Origin: Gemmatimonadaceae bacterium
GTDB lineage: Bacteria > Gemmatimonadota > Gemmatimonadetes > Gemmatimonadales > Gemmatimonadaceae
Assembly: GCA_040902005.1 (NCBI GenBank)
Contig: JBBDYA010000093.1
Span: 5,897-37,589 of the forward strand
Reading direction: 5' to 3'
Length of the DNA stretch: 31,693 bases
Part shown: piece after piece, positions 24,688 through 31,693 of the stretch
Position numbering within the stretch: position 1 is the stretch's first letter
Layout of the letters: each line of letters opens with the position of its first letter
Notes under the pieces: model-generated
Databases searched by the model: none
What the model was told of the DNA's origin: nothing
The model's input: the letters and a program-made list of their open reading frames with translations, nothing else
Position numbers and translations under genes: made by a program

Positions 24688-25104
24688 GTGTCGCCGATGA
24701 TGGGCGCGCCCCGCGCGCCGTATGCCCTCGAGCCAACCGCCTTTCCCCTGCCCGCGCTCGCGGCAATGGCGGGACGTGCCCCGCTTGGCGGCCCGCGCGA
24801 GATTGCGCTGGCGTGTTTTCTGGTGGGGAGACTCGTCGTGGACCGCGCGGGCGACCTGGAGGGGGGGGCGCTCAGCAGCGAGCAGCGTCGCACTCGCGCG
24901 CTGGGAGCACGACAGTGGCTCGGTTCGGCGACAGTGCCGGGAGCCGTGCGCACCGCGCTGGCGAAGCTGGCCGACGCAAGCGCGGGGAACGATCCGGCAG
25001 CGATTCACACCGCCCTGAACTCCGTGATGGCGGTCACGGCAAATCACCTCGATCAGGGGGCACGTTTAGAGCTGGGCCGACTCGCGCAAACTATTGCAGA
25101 ATAA
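24688..25104 (+). CDS. Hypothetical helical protein (about 138 aa, start uncertain between 24649 and 24700)
   Basis: Fills the gap between the msbA-like and DnaB-like genes with typical codon bias. No recognised motif. Confidence 0.6.
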   Translation: MSPMMGAPRAPYALEPTAFPLPALAAMAGRAPLGGPREIALACFLVGRLVVDRAGDLEGGALSSEQRRTRALGARQWLGSATVPGAVRTALAKLADASAGNDPAAIHTALNSVMAVTANHLDQGARLELGRLAQTIAE

Positions 25105-25116
25105 GGCGATTCGTCC

Positions 25117-25146
25117 TTGCTGATCGTGTGAAACGCGGCGTATCTT
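25117..25146 (+). promoter_or_regulatory. Candidate sigma70 promoter giving a leaderless DnaB-like transcript
   Basis: TTGCTG-N18-TATCTT-N6-ATG, with no SD sequence. Confidence 0.5.
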
Positions 25147-25152
25147 GGGCCC

Positions 25153-26001
25153 ATGGCCCGGAGCAACGACATCTCCCCCCTCACTCAGGTTCTCACTCGC
25201 GCAGACGCCGTCGCTGACGGCGCGCGTCCGCCCGACGCAATCGGCACGGGCTTCCCCAGCCTCGACCGCATGCTCGGCGGCGGGGTGCGCAGCGGCGACC
25301 TGATCGTGCTGGGCGGCGATGTGGGCAGCGGGAAATCGGCGTTCGCGCTCGCCGTCGCCATGCGCGCGGCGAGTGCTGGCCAACGGGTCACCTTCTTCTC
25401 CGGTGAAATGTCCATCGATCGCCTGCTGGAGCGGGCGCTTGCGATCGAGGGACGCGTGCGAGTGGACGACCTGCGGCAGGGCGTGGTGAATGATGTGGCC
25501 CGCGCGTCGGTCGGCGCGGCGGCGGTGCGCATGCGTGAGGTCATGCCGCGCTTCGAGATCCTTCCCGGCGGCGGAGTCGGCGCGCTGATCGAGCAGATCG
25601 AGGGAGCGGGACTGGACCTGGTCGTGGTGGACTCGCTCCAGTCGCTGGCGCAGGGGGCGCGCGCGACCGATGAGGAGCTGGCGGACGCGGTGCGCCGGCT
25701 GAAGACGCTGGCCATCGCGCAGGGATTCGCCATATTCACCACCGCGCAGCTTCCCCACCTCACCGCGCGCGACGACCTGCGTCCGTTGCTGGATGATTTC
25801 GGCGCCATGGGCGCGGTGAAGCACCACGCCGACGTCGTGCTCGCGCTCTTTCGCGAAGAGATGTACGACCGCCGGCGCGAACTCGCCGGCGGAACGGAAC
25901 TTCTCGTGCGGAAGAACCGGAACGGCGGCACCGGGTACGTTGACCTTTTCTTCTACGCGCAGTTCATGCGCTTTGAAGACATGCTGGATCCAGACCGTTA
26001 G
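25153..26001 (+). CDS. DnaB-like helicase C-terminal (RecA-fold) domain-only protein
   Basis: TGFPSLD, Walker A GGDVGSGKS, FSGEMS, Walker B VVVDSLQ, AQL, ADVVLALFRE and KNRNG. No DnaB N-terminal domain. Confidence 0.85.
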   Translation: MARSNDISPLTQVLTRADAVADGARPPDAIGTGFPSLDRMLGGGVRSGDLIVLGGDVGSGKSAFALAVAMRAASAGQRVTFFSGEMSIDRLLERALAIEGRVRVDDLRQGVVNDVARASVGAAAVRMREVMPRFEILPGGGVGALIEQIEGAGLDLVVVDSLQSLAQGARATDEELADAVRRLKTLAIAQGFAIFTTAQLPHLTARDDLRPLLDDFGAMGAVKHHADVVLALFREEMYDRRRELAGGTELLVRKNRNGGTGYVDLFFYAQFMRFEDMLDPDR

Positions 26002-26014
26002 GAGGCAGGGCATC

Positions 26015-27364
26015 ATGCGTTCGTTCCGTTTTCTCGCAATAGCCGGTCTTACCGTTTTTGCCGCGGCGTGCGCGTCGTCCGGACGCCTGAGCGGCGACGC
26101 CATCACGCGCCTCGAACAGTCGCGCGCGGCGCAGCCGAACGACCCGGCGGTCGCGCGGTCGCTTGGCATCGCGTACTACCGGTCGGAGCGGTTCGCCGAT
26201 GCCCGCCCGCACCTGGACCAGGCGGTACGGCTGGACCCTCGCGACGGCACGGCGGCGTTGTATCTGGGGCTGACGGCAGAGCAGCAGCAGGATCTTCCGG
26301 CGGCGAAGGCGGCATACCAGAGCTACGTGCGTTATGGCCGCACGTCGCGCGTGCGGCGGCAGCTCGAGGCGCGTCTCGCGGCGCTCACGCGCCAGGAACT
26401 CCACGTCGCGGCGAAGACCTCCATCGCCCAGGAACAGCAGCTCTCGTCGCAACAGGGGTCGCCACTGACGGTCGCGGTGATGCCGCTTCGCTTCGTGGGC
26501 GCGGACAGCTCACTCCAGCCGCTCGAGCGCGGGTTCGCGGAGCTGCTGACGACGGATCTGAGCCAGTCGAGCCAGCTCACGGTCGTGGAACGCGCGCGTC
26601 TCCAGGCCCTGCTGGATGAGATGACGCTACAGCAGTCCGGTCAGACCGACTCCACCACGAATCTTCGCGCGGGTCGGATCATCCAGGCCGGTCGCATCGT
26701 GAGCGGCCAGATCGTGCAGGACGAGCAGCGGCTGCGGGTAGACGCCGCGATCCTCAGCACGCAGTCCTCCGAGATCACGGGCGGCGCCGCCAGCGAGAAC
26801 ACGCTCGAGCAGCTCTTCACCATCGAGAAGGCGATCGTTTTCCAGCTGTTCGAGAGCCTTGGTGTCACGCTGACCACGGCGGAGCGCGACGCGATCGAGC
26901 AGCGCCCCACCCGCTCGCTCCAGGCGTTCCTCGCCTACAGCCGGGGCCTGGCGCTGGAAGACCAGGGGCTCTACGACGACGCGTCCCGCAGCTATCAGGA
27001 AGCGGTGCGCATCGATCCGGCATTCGGCCGGGCGTCGCAGAAGAGCGCGGAAACGCAGGCCGCCGCGGAGGGCGCGCTGATGTCGGCGACGTCCATCGAG
27101 ACGAGCCTCGCAAACACGACCGAGGGGAACATCGCCAACCGGTCGTCGCAGGGTGATGCCTCGTCCGGGCGCGGCGGGGACAACAGCGCCGGCAACCTCG
27201 CGGACGGCCTCAATCCGTCGGCCGCCGGTTCGTCGACATCGGCGGCGGGTGGTGGCAACAATGGCGCGCCGCCCAACCGCGACGCGCTCGGCGCGGGCAC
27301 GGGGGCGGAATCCCAGCCACGCACCGCGACGGTGACCGTGATCGTGAAGCTTCCCCGCCCATAG
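26015..27364 (+). CDS. Lipoprotein with TPR repeats and a CsgG/FlgO/TolB-N-like domain
   Basis: ATG at 26015 and lipobox FAAAC. TPR-like helices (LGIAYYR, ALYLGL), then VAVMPL...LTVVERARLQALLDE...AGRIIQAGRIVSG. Confidence 0.75.
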   Translation: MRSFRFLAIAGLTVFAAACASSGRLSGDAITRLEQSRAAQPNDPAVARSLGIAYYRSERFADARPHLDQAVRLDPRDGTAALYLGLTAEQQQDLPAAKAAYQSYVRYGRTSRVRRQLEARLAALTRQELHVAAKTSIAQEQQLSSQQGSPLTVAVMPLRFVGADSSLQPLERGFAELLTTDLSQSSQLTVVERARLQALLDEMTLQQSGQTDSTTNLRAGRIIQAGRIVSGQIVQDEQRLRVDAAILSTQSSEITGGAASENTLEQLFTIEKAIVFQLFESLGVTLTTAERDAIEQRPTRSLQAFLAYSRGLALEDQGLYDDASRSYQEAVRIDPAFGRASQKSAETQAAAEGALMSATSIETSLANTTEGNIANRSSQGDASSGRGGDNSAGNLADGLNPSAAGSSTSAAGGGNNGAPPNRDALGAGTGAESQPRTATVTVIVKLPRP

Positions 27365-27375
27365 AGCCGCCAATT

Positions 27376-28470
27376 ATGCGACGCATCCTCCCCCTCGTTC
27401 TGCTGCTCAGCGGCGGGGCCCTCCCCGCGCAGTCCTTCTGGGACTCGCAGGTGCGCTTTGGTCCCCAGTTCGTCTCCTACGACATCAAGGCGCCCGTGAA
27501 CGAGAGGGTGTCTCAGGTGGCGTTCCCGATGTTCGTCTCGGTACCCGTGCTGCCGGCCCTGACGATCGATATCGGCACGGCCTACGCCTCGGCGAACCAC
27601 GAGCGCATCGCGGTGGACAGCACCGGCGCGCTCGTGACGATCTCGAGTGCGCTGAGCGGGCTGACCGACACGCAGCTGCGGGCCATCTATTCCCTCGGGC
27701 AGGACCGCGTGGTACTCACGGCGGGACTCAACCTGCCGACCGGGTCGGCAACGCTGAAGCCCGACGAATTCGATGCGGCGACGCGGATCGGCAGCGACTT
27801 CCTGAGCTTCCCGGTGTCCGGGTTCGGCAGCGGGTTCGGCATGACGGGCGGCGTGGCTGTCGCGCAACCGATGGGCACGTGGAACGTCGGCGCCGGCGCG
27901 AGCCTGCGCTCGGCCGGTGAATACGAGCCTTTCGAGGATGGGTCGGGTACCGCGACCAGCTTCAAGCCCGGCGCGGAGGTGCGCGCGCGCATCGGCGCCG
28001 ACCACCCATGGGGCACGGGCCGCGTCTCGCTCGGACTGACGTTCTCCAAGTACGGCGACGACCGTGCGAACGCCGCGGTGTACAACACCGGCGACCGCTT
28101 CATCGGCCAGGTCGCGGTGAGCAACTCGCTGGAAAACGGCGTGGATTACTCCGTGGTGCTGTGGAACCTGTATCGCGCCGCCGGCACGCTCATCGACCAG
28201 AGCGTGTCGCCGAGCGGCAACATCACGAACGCGATGGTGATCTTTGGCGTCAGCGCGCCCGCGAACGTGCGGGTGGAACCGAGCATCGAAACGCGCCTGT
28301 GGTCGCAGCAGGGGGCAAACACGAGCTTTTCCGCGACGCTGGGCACGAGGCTGGTGGTGGACCGGGGCACCTGGGCGATGGTTCCCGGCTTCGGATTCAC
28401 CATCGGGACACTGGATGCCGCGACGCTGACCGGAATGCGCGCAACGCTGACGGTCCGGGTCGGCGGCTGA
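27376..28470 (+). CDS. Secreted protein, probable outer-membrane beta-barrel
   Basis: Signal peptide, GLTDTQLR and GLNLPTG (seen in phenol-MetA/transporter-like barrels), and alternating beta-strand patterns. Confidence 0.65.
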   Translation: MRRILPLVLLLSGGALPAQSFWDSQVRFGPQFVSYDIKAPVNERVSQVAFPMFVSVPVLPALTIDIGTAYASANHERIAVDSTGALVTISSALSGLTDTQLRAIYSLGQDRVVLTAGLNLPTGSATLKPDEFDAATRIGSDFLSFPVSGFGSGFGMTGGVAVAQPMGTWNVGAGASLRSAGEYEPFEDGSGTATSFKPGAEVRARIGADHPWGTGRVSLGLTFSKYGDDRANAAVYNTGDRFIGQVAVSNSLENGVDYSVVLWNLYRAAGTLIDQSVSPSGNITNAMVIFGVSAPANVRVEPSIETRLWSQQGANTSFSATLGTRLVVDRGTWAMVPGFGFTIGTLDAATLTGMRATLTVRVGG

Positions 28471-28491
28471 GGATCCGTCGAACGCAGTGCA

Positions 28492-28527
28492 TCGGCGCCG
28501 CGCGCCCGGCGCCGAATTCGTTTTCTT
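28492..28527 (+). terminator. Probable rho-independent terminator
   Basis: 9-bp stem TCGGCGCCG (28492-28500) / CGGCGCCGA (28507-28515), followed by ATTCGTTTTCTT. Confidence 0.6.
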
Positions 28528-28553
28528 GCCCACTCCGGCGCGCGTCGTATATT
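28526..28553 (+). promoter_or_regulatory. Candidate sigma70 promoter for yebC-ruvC-ruvA
   Basis: TTGCCC-N16-TATATT, ending 42 bp before the yebC ATG. Confidence 0.45.
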
Positions 28554-28595
28554 GAGGGCGAGACCCACCCAGGCACGTCTGCAGCGAGTGAGCGT

Positions 28596-29345
28596 ATGGC
28601 CGGCCACAGTAAATGGAAGCAGATCAAGCACTACAAGGCGGCGACCGATGCCAAGCGCGGTGCGCTGTTCACGAAGCTCATCCGTGAGATCACGATCGCG
28701 GCCAAGCAGGGGGGCGGCGACCCGGGCGGCAACGCGCGCCTGCGCACGGCCATCGAGGCGGCGAAGGCCAAGTCGATGCCGAAGGAGAACATCGAGCGCG
28801 CGGTCAAGAAGGGCACGGGCGATCTGGACGGCGTGGACTATCAGGACGTGACGTACGAGGGCTATGGTCCGGGCGGCGTGGCGCTGGTGATCGCCGCGCT
28901 CACGGACAACCCGACGCGCACCGTGGCGGATGTGCGGCACAAGATGTCGCGGCTGGGCGGCAATCTCGGCACGCCCAATTCCGTGGCATTTCTCTTCGAC
29001 AAGAAGGCGCAGCTCGTCATCGACGCGACCAGGTACGGCGAGGACGCGGCGCTGGAGGCGGCGCTGGAAGCCGGCGCCGAGGATTTCGCGCGGGAGGACG
29101 ATCAGTACATCGTCACGACGTCGCCGGCGGATTTCCACTCGGTGAAAGGCGGACTCGAGGCCAAGGGGATCGCCTGCGTCGATGCCGAGCCCGTGGTGAT
29201 GGTCCCGAAATCCACCGTGAAGGTGGAAGGCAAGACCGCGGAGCAGCTGCTGAAGCTGCTGGAGGAACTGGAGGAGCTGGACGACGTGCAGAAGGTGTGG
29301 GCGAACTTTGACATCGACGTGGCGGACATGGCGGCCAGCGCGTGA
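28596..29345 (+). CDS. yebC: YebC/PmpR family protein
   Basis: Motifs MAGHSKW, YEGYGPGG, TDNPTRT and LEELDDVQKV. Upstream of ruvC. Confidence 0.95.
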   Translation: MAGHSKWKQIKHYKAATDAKRGALFTKLIREITIAAKQGGGDPGGNARLRTAIEAAKAKSMPKENIERAVKKGTGDLDGVDYQDVTYEGYGPGGVALVIAALTDNPTRTVADVRHKMSRLGGNLGTPNSVAFLFDKKAQLVIDATRYGEDAALEAALEAGAEDFAREDDQYIVTTSPADFHSVKGGLEAKGIACVDAEPVVMVPKSTVKVEGKTAEQLLKLLEELEELDDVQKVWANFDIDVADMAASA

Positions 29346-29848
29346 TCGTGCTCGGCGTCGATCCCGGAACACAGGTCACCGGATATGGCGTCGTGAACGC
29401 GCAGCATGCCGGCGCGCCAACGCTCATCGAGTGCGGTGTGATCCGCACCCACGCGCGCGATCCCCTTCCCGCGCGTCTGCGCGAGATCTACGACGGAGTC
29501 ACGGAACTGCTGGCCCGTCACCAGCCCGACGTCATCTGCGTGGAGGACATTTTCTACGCCCGCAACGTGCGGACGACCGTGACGCTGGGACATGCGCGCG
29601 GCGTGATCCTGTTGGCCGGGGAGCAGGCCGGCGTGCGCGCCCACGAGATGTCGCCGGCGTCGATCAAGAAGGCGGTGGTCGGCGCGGGCGCCGCGACCAA
29701 GGAGCAGGTGCAGTTCATGATCGCGCGGCTGCTGCGTCTCAAGTCCGCGCCGAAACCGTCGGACGCGGCGGATGGCGTCGCCGCGGCGCTGGCGTACGTG
29801 ATGGGCGCGCACATGGAAGCCGTGGCGCGCGCGGCGACGCGCCGGTGA
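29342..29848 (+). CDS. ruvC: Holliday junction resolvase RuvC
   Basis: Motifs LGVDPG, VEDIF, LGHARG, KKAVVGAGAATKEQV and DAADG. GTGA overlap with yebC. Confidence 0.95.
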   Translation: MIVLGVDPGTQVTGYGVVNAQHAGAPTLIECGVIRTHARDPLPARLREIYDGVTELLARHQPDVICVEDIFYARNVRTTVTLGHARGVILLAGEQAGVRAHEMSPASIKKAVVGAGAATKEQVQFMIARLLRLKSAPKPSDAADGVAAALAYVMGAHMEAVARAATRR

Positions 29849-30450
29849 TCGCCCAGGTAGTGGGCACGCTGCTCAGCAAGGAGCTGGACCACGTGGAGCT
29901 GATGACCGCCGGCGGCGTGGCGTACGAGCTGACGATCCCCCTGGGCGTGTACGAGACCCTGCCGAGGCGGGGAGAATCGTGCACGCTGCATACGCATCTC
30001 GTGGTGAAAGAGGATTCCTGGCACCTGTTCGGCTTCGCGACGCCGTTCGAGCGCACGGTGTTTCAGCGCGTGCTGGGCGCCAAGGGCGTGGGCCCGTCAC
30101 TCGCGATCGGCATGCTCTCGGCGCTCTCGGCGGAGCGGCTGGTGCGCGCGATTCGTGAGCGGGACATCGCCACACTGCAGGGCGCGCCGCGGGTGGGGCG
30201 GAAGAAGGCGGAGCAGCTCATCCTGGACCTCGCCGAGAAGATGGACGACCTGCAGCCGGGGACACGACCGCTGGCGATCGCCGGCGGCCCGCTCACGGAA
30301 GACGCGGTGCGCGCGCTCGTGTCGCTCGGGTATGCGAGTGCGGACGCGGAGGGCGCCGTCAAGCTGGCGCTCGACGCCGGCGGGAAGACCATGAGCGCCA
30401 CGGACCTGATACGGAACGCACTCGCGAGGGTGACTGATGCTCGCCGCTAA
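29845..30450 (+). CDS. ruvA: Holliday junction branch migration protein RuvA
   Basis: GTG at 29845 (MIAQVVG). Motifs GGVAYEL, HLVVKED, LFGF, GVGP, VGRKKAEQLILDL and ALVSLGY. Confidence 0.94.
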   Translation: MIAQVVGTLLSKELDHVELMTAGGVAYELTIPLGVYETLPRRGESCTLHTHLVVKEDSWHLFGFATPFERTVFQRVLGAKGVGPSLAIGMLSALSAERLVRAIRERDIATLQGAPRVGRKKAEQLILDLAEKMDDLQPGTRPLAIAGGPLTEDAVRALVSLGYASADAEGAVKLALDAGGKTMSATDLIRNALARVTDARR

Positions 30451-31588
30451 ACGCACGTCCACGTTCACGGAGTCGGTGATTCGCGAGATGACGCGGATCG
30501 CCAACCAGCACGAGGCGATCAACCTCGCCCAGGGCTTTCCCGATTTCCCGATGCCGGAACCGCTGAAGGAAGCGGCGTGCGCGGCGATCAACGGTGACAT
30601 CAACCAGTACGCCGTCACCTGGGGCAGCGCGGCGCTGCGGATCGCCATCGCCGGGAAGTACCGGCGCTGGTACGGCATGGACGTGGACCACGATCGCGAA
30701 GTGACGGTCACCTGCGGCGCCACGGAGGCGATGGCGTCCGTGTTCCTCGCGCTGATCGATCCCGGCGACGAGGTCATCGTGCTCGAGCCGTTCTACGAGA
30801 ACTACGGTCCGGACGCGATCCTCGCGGGGGCATCGCCCGTGTTCGTGCCATTCGAGGCGCCCAACTGGACGCTGGACGAGGACCGCCTGCGCAAGGCGTT
30901 CACGAAGCGCACCAAGGCGATCGTGCTCAATACGCCGCACAACCCCACCGGCCGCGTGCTGACGCGCGCCGAGATGACGCTGATCGCCGAGCTGTGCGAG
31001 CGCCACGACGCCTGGGTCATCACGGACGAACCGTACGAGCACATTCGCTACGCCGGCGATCATCACGTGATGGCGACCTTCCCCGGCATGCGCGAGCGGA
31101 CGATCACGATCTCGAGCCTCTCGAAAACCTTCAGCATCACCGGCTGGCGGCTGGGCTACGCGATCGCGCCGGCGAAGCAGACGGCCGCCATCCGGAAGGT
31201 GCACGACTTTCTCACGGTCGGCGCGCCCGCGCCGCTCCAGGCCGCCGGCGCGATCGGCTTCGCGTTCGACGCCGACTACTTCAACCACCTGGCCCTGGAC
31301 TACCGGGCGCGACTGAAGATGCTGGCGCCCGTGCTGCAGGATGTGGGATTCCGGTTTTCGATGCCGGAGGGCGCGTACTACATCTTCGCGGATTTTTCAG
31401 CGGTCAGCGACAAGGACGACGTGTCGTTCGCGAAGTGGCTGATCGAAGAGGTCGGTGTTGCCACCGTCCCGGGTTCGAGCTTCTACAACAACAAGAAAGA
31501 CGGCAGGAACTTCGTGCGCTTTGCGTTCTGCAAGAAGTTCGAGACGATGAAGCGGGCGGCGGAGCGATTGGCGAGCATCAGAGCGTAA
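30437..31588 (+). CDS. Class I/II PLP-dependent aminotransferase (YbdL/DapC-like)
   Basis: Motifs INLAQGFPDF, GATEA, NTPHNPTG, DEPY, SLSKTFSITGWRLG and VRFAFCK. Confidence 0.92.
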   Translation: MLAAKRTSTFTESVIREMTRIANQHEAINLAQGFPDFPMPEPLKEAACAAINGDINQYAVTWGSAALRIAIAGKYRRWYGMDVDHDREVTVTCGATEAMASVFLALIDPGDEVIVLEPFYENYGPDAILAGASPVFVPFEAPNWTLDEDRLRKAFTKRTKAIVLNTPHNPTGRVLTRAEMTLIAELCERHDAWVITDEPYEHIRYAGDHHVMATFPGMRERTITISSLSKTFSITGWRLGYAIAPAKQTAAIRKVHDFLTVGAPAPLQAAGAIGFAFDADYFNHLALDYRARLKMLAPVLQDVGFRFSMPEGAYYIFADFSAVSDKDDVSFAKWLIEEVGVATVPGSSFYNNKKDGRNFVRFAFCKKFETMKRAAERLASIRA

Positions 31589-31693
31589 CGGCGGACGTAA
31601 CCGCGGACGTAACCGCGGACGTAACCGCGGACGTAACCGCGGACGTAACGGCGGACGTAACGGCGGACGTAACGGCGGACGTAACGGCGGACG
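31584..31693. repeat. 12-bp tandem repeat CGTAAC(G/C)GCGGA, 9 full copies plus 2 nt, running off the window end
   Basis: Variants occur in the order 1 G, 4 C, 4 G. The first unit contains the aminotransferase TAA stop. Confidence 0.97.

Noticed and set aside
25153..26001. Prophage or plasmid replication module, or the true replicative dnaB
   Set aside because: No integrase, phage or rep genes are nearby, and the protein lacks the N-terminal domain.
31584..31693. Possible CRISPR array
   Set aside because: The units are 12 bp and contiguous, with no unique spacers and no cas genes nearby.

Overview
A very GC-rich, densely coding bacterial chromosomal segment from a Gram-negative (LPS-making) organism. 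Gene content and style suggest Gemmatimonadota, which is an inference. About 30 genes are supported. Left: an untracked 48-aa small ORF, a zinc-metallopeptidase-like gene and a Ddl-like ATP-grasp ligase; tdh-kbl; a HIRAN protein; a small beta-barrel OMP; a 3-methyladenine glycosylase coupled to an NYN-LOTUS RNase; and yjbQ. Middle: a histidine kinase, sigma54 activator, Omp85-like protein and DUF4390-like protein; an HNH nuclease; PBP1A; tyrS; and a minus-strand operon of msbA-like, GT4, lpxL-like, oppC-like and class V aminotransferase genes. Right: a hypothetical protein, a DnaB C-terminal-only ATPase, a TPR/CsgG-like lipoprotein with a beta-barrel partner, yebC-ruvC-ruvA and a class I/II aminotransferase, ending in a 12-bp tandem repeat. 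I saw no rRNA, tRNA, CRISPR array, transposase or integrase. The best candidates for uncharacterised systems are the small-peptide/peptidase/ATP-grasp cassette (58-2272), the POTRA-less Omp85-like protein with a beta-helix domain behind a candidate sigma54 promoter (8944-14086), the stand-alone DnaB-C ATPase, and the lipoprotein-barrel pair. All family calls come from motifs recognised by eye, not from database searches.
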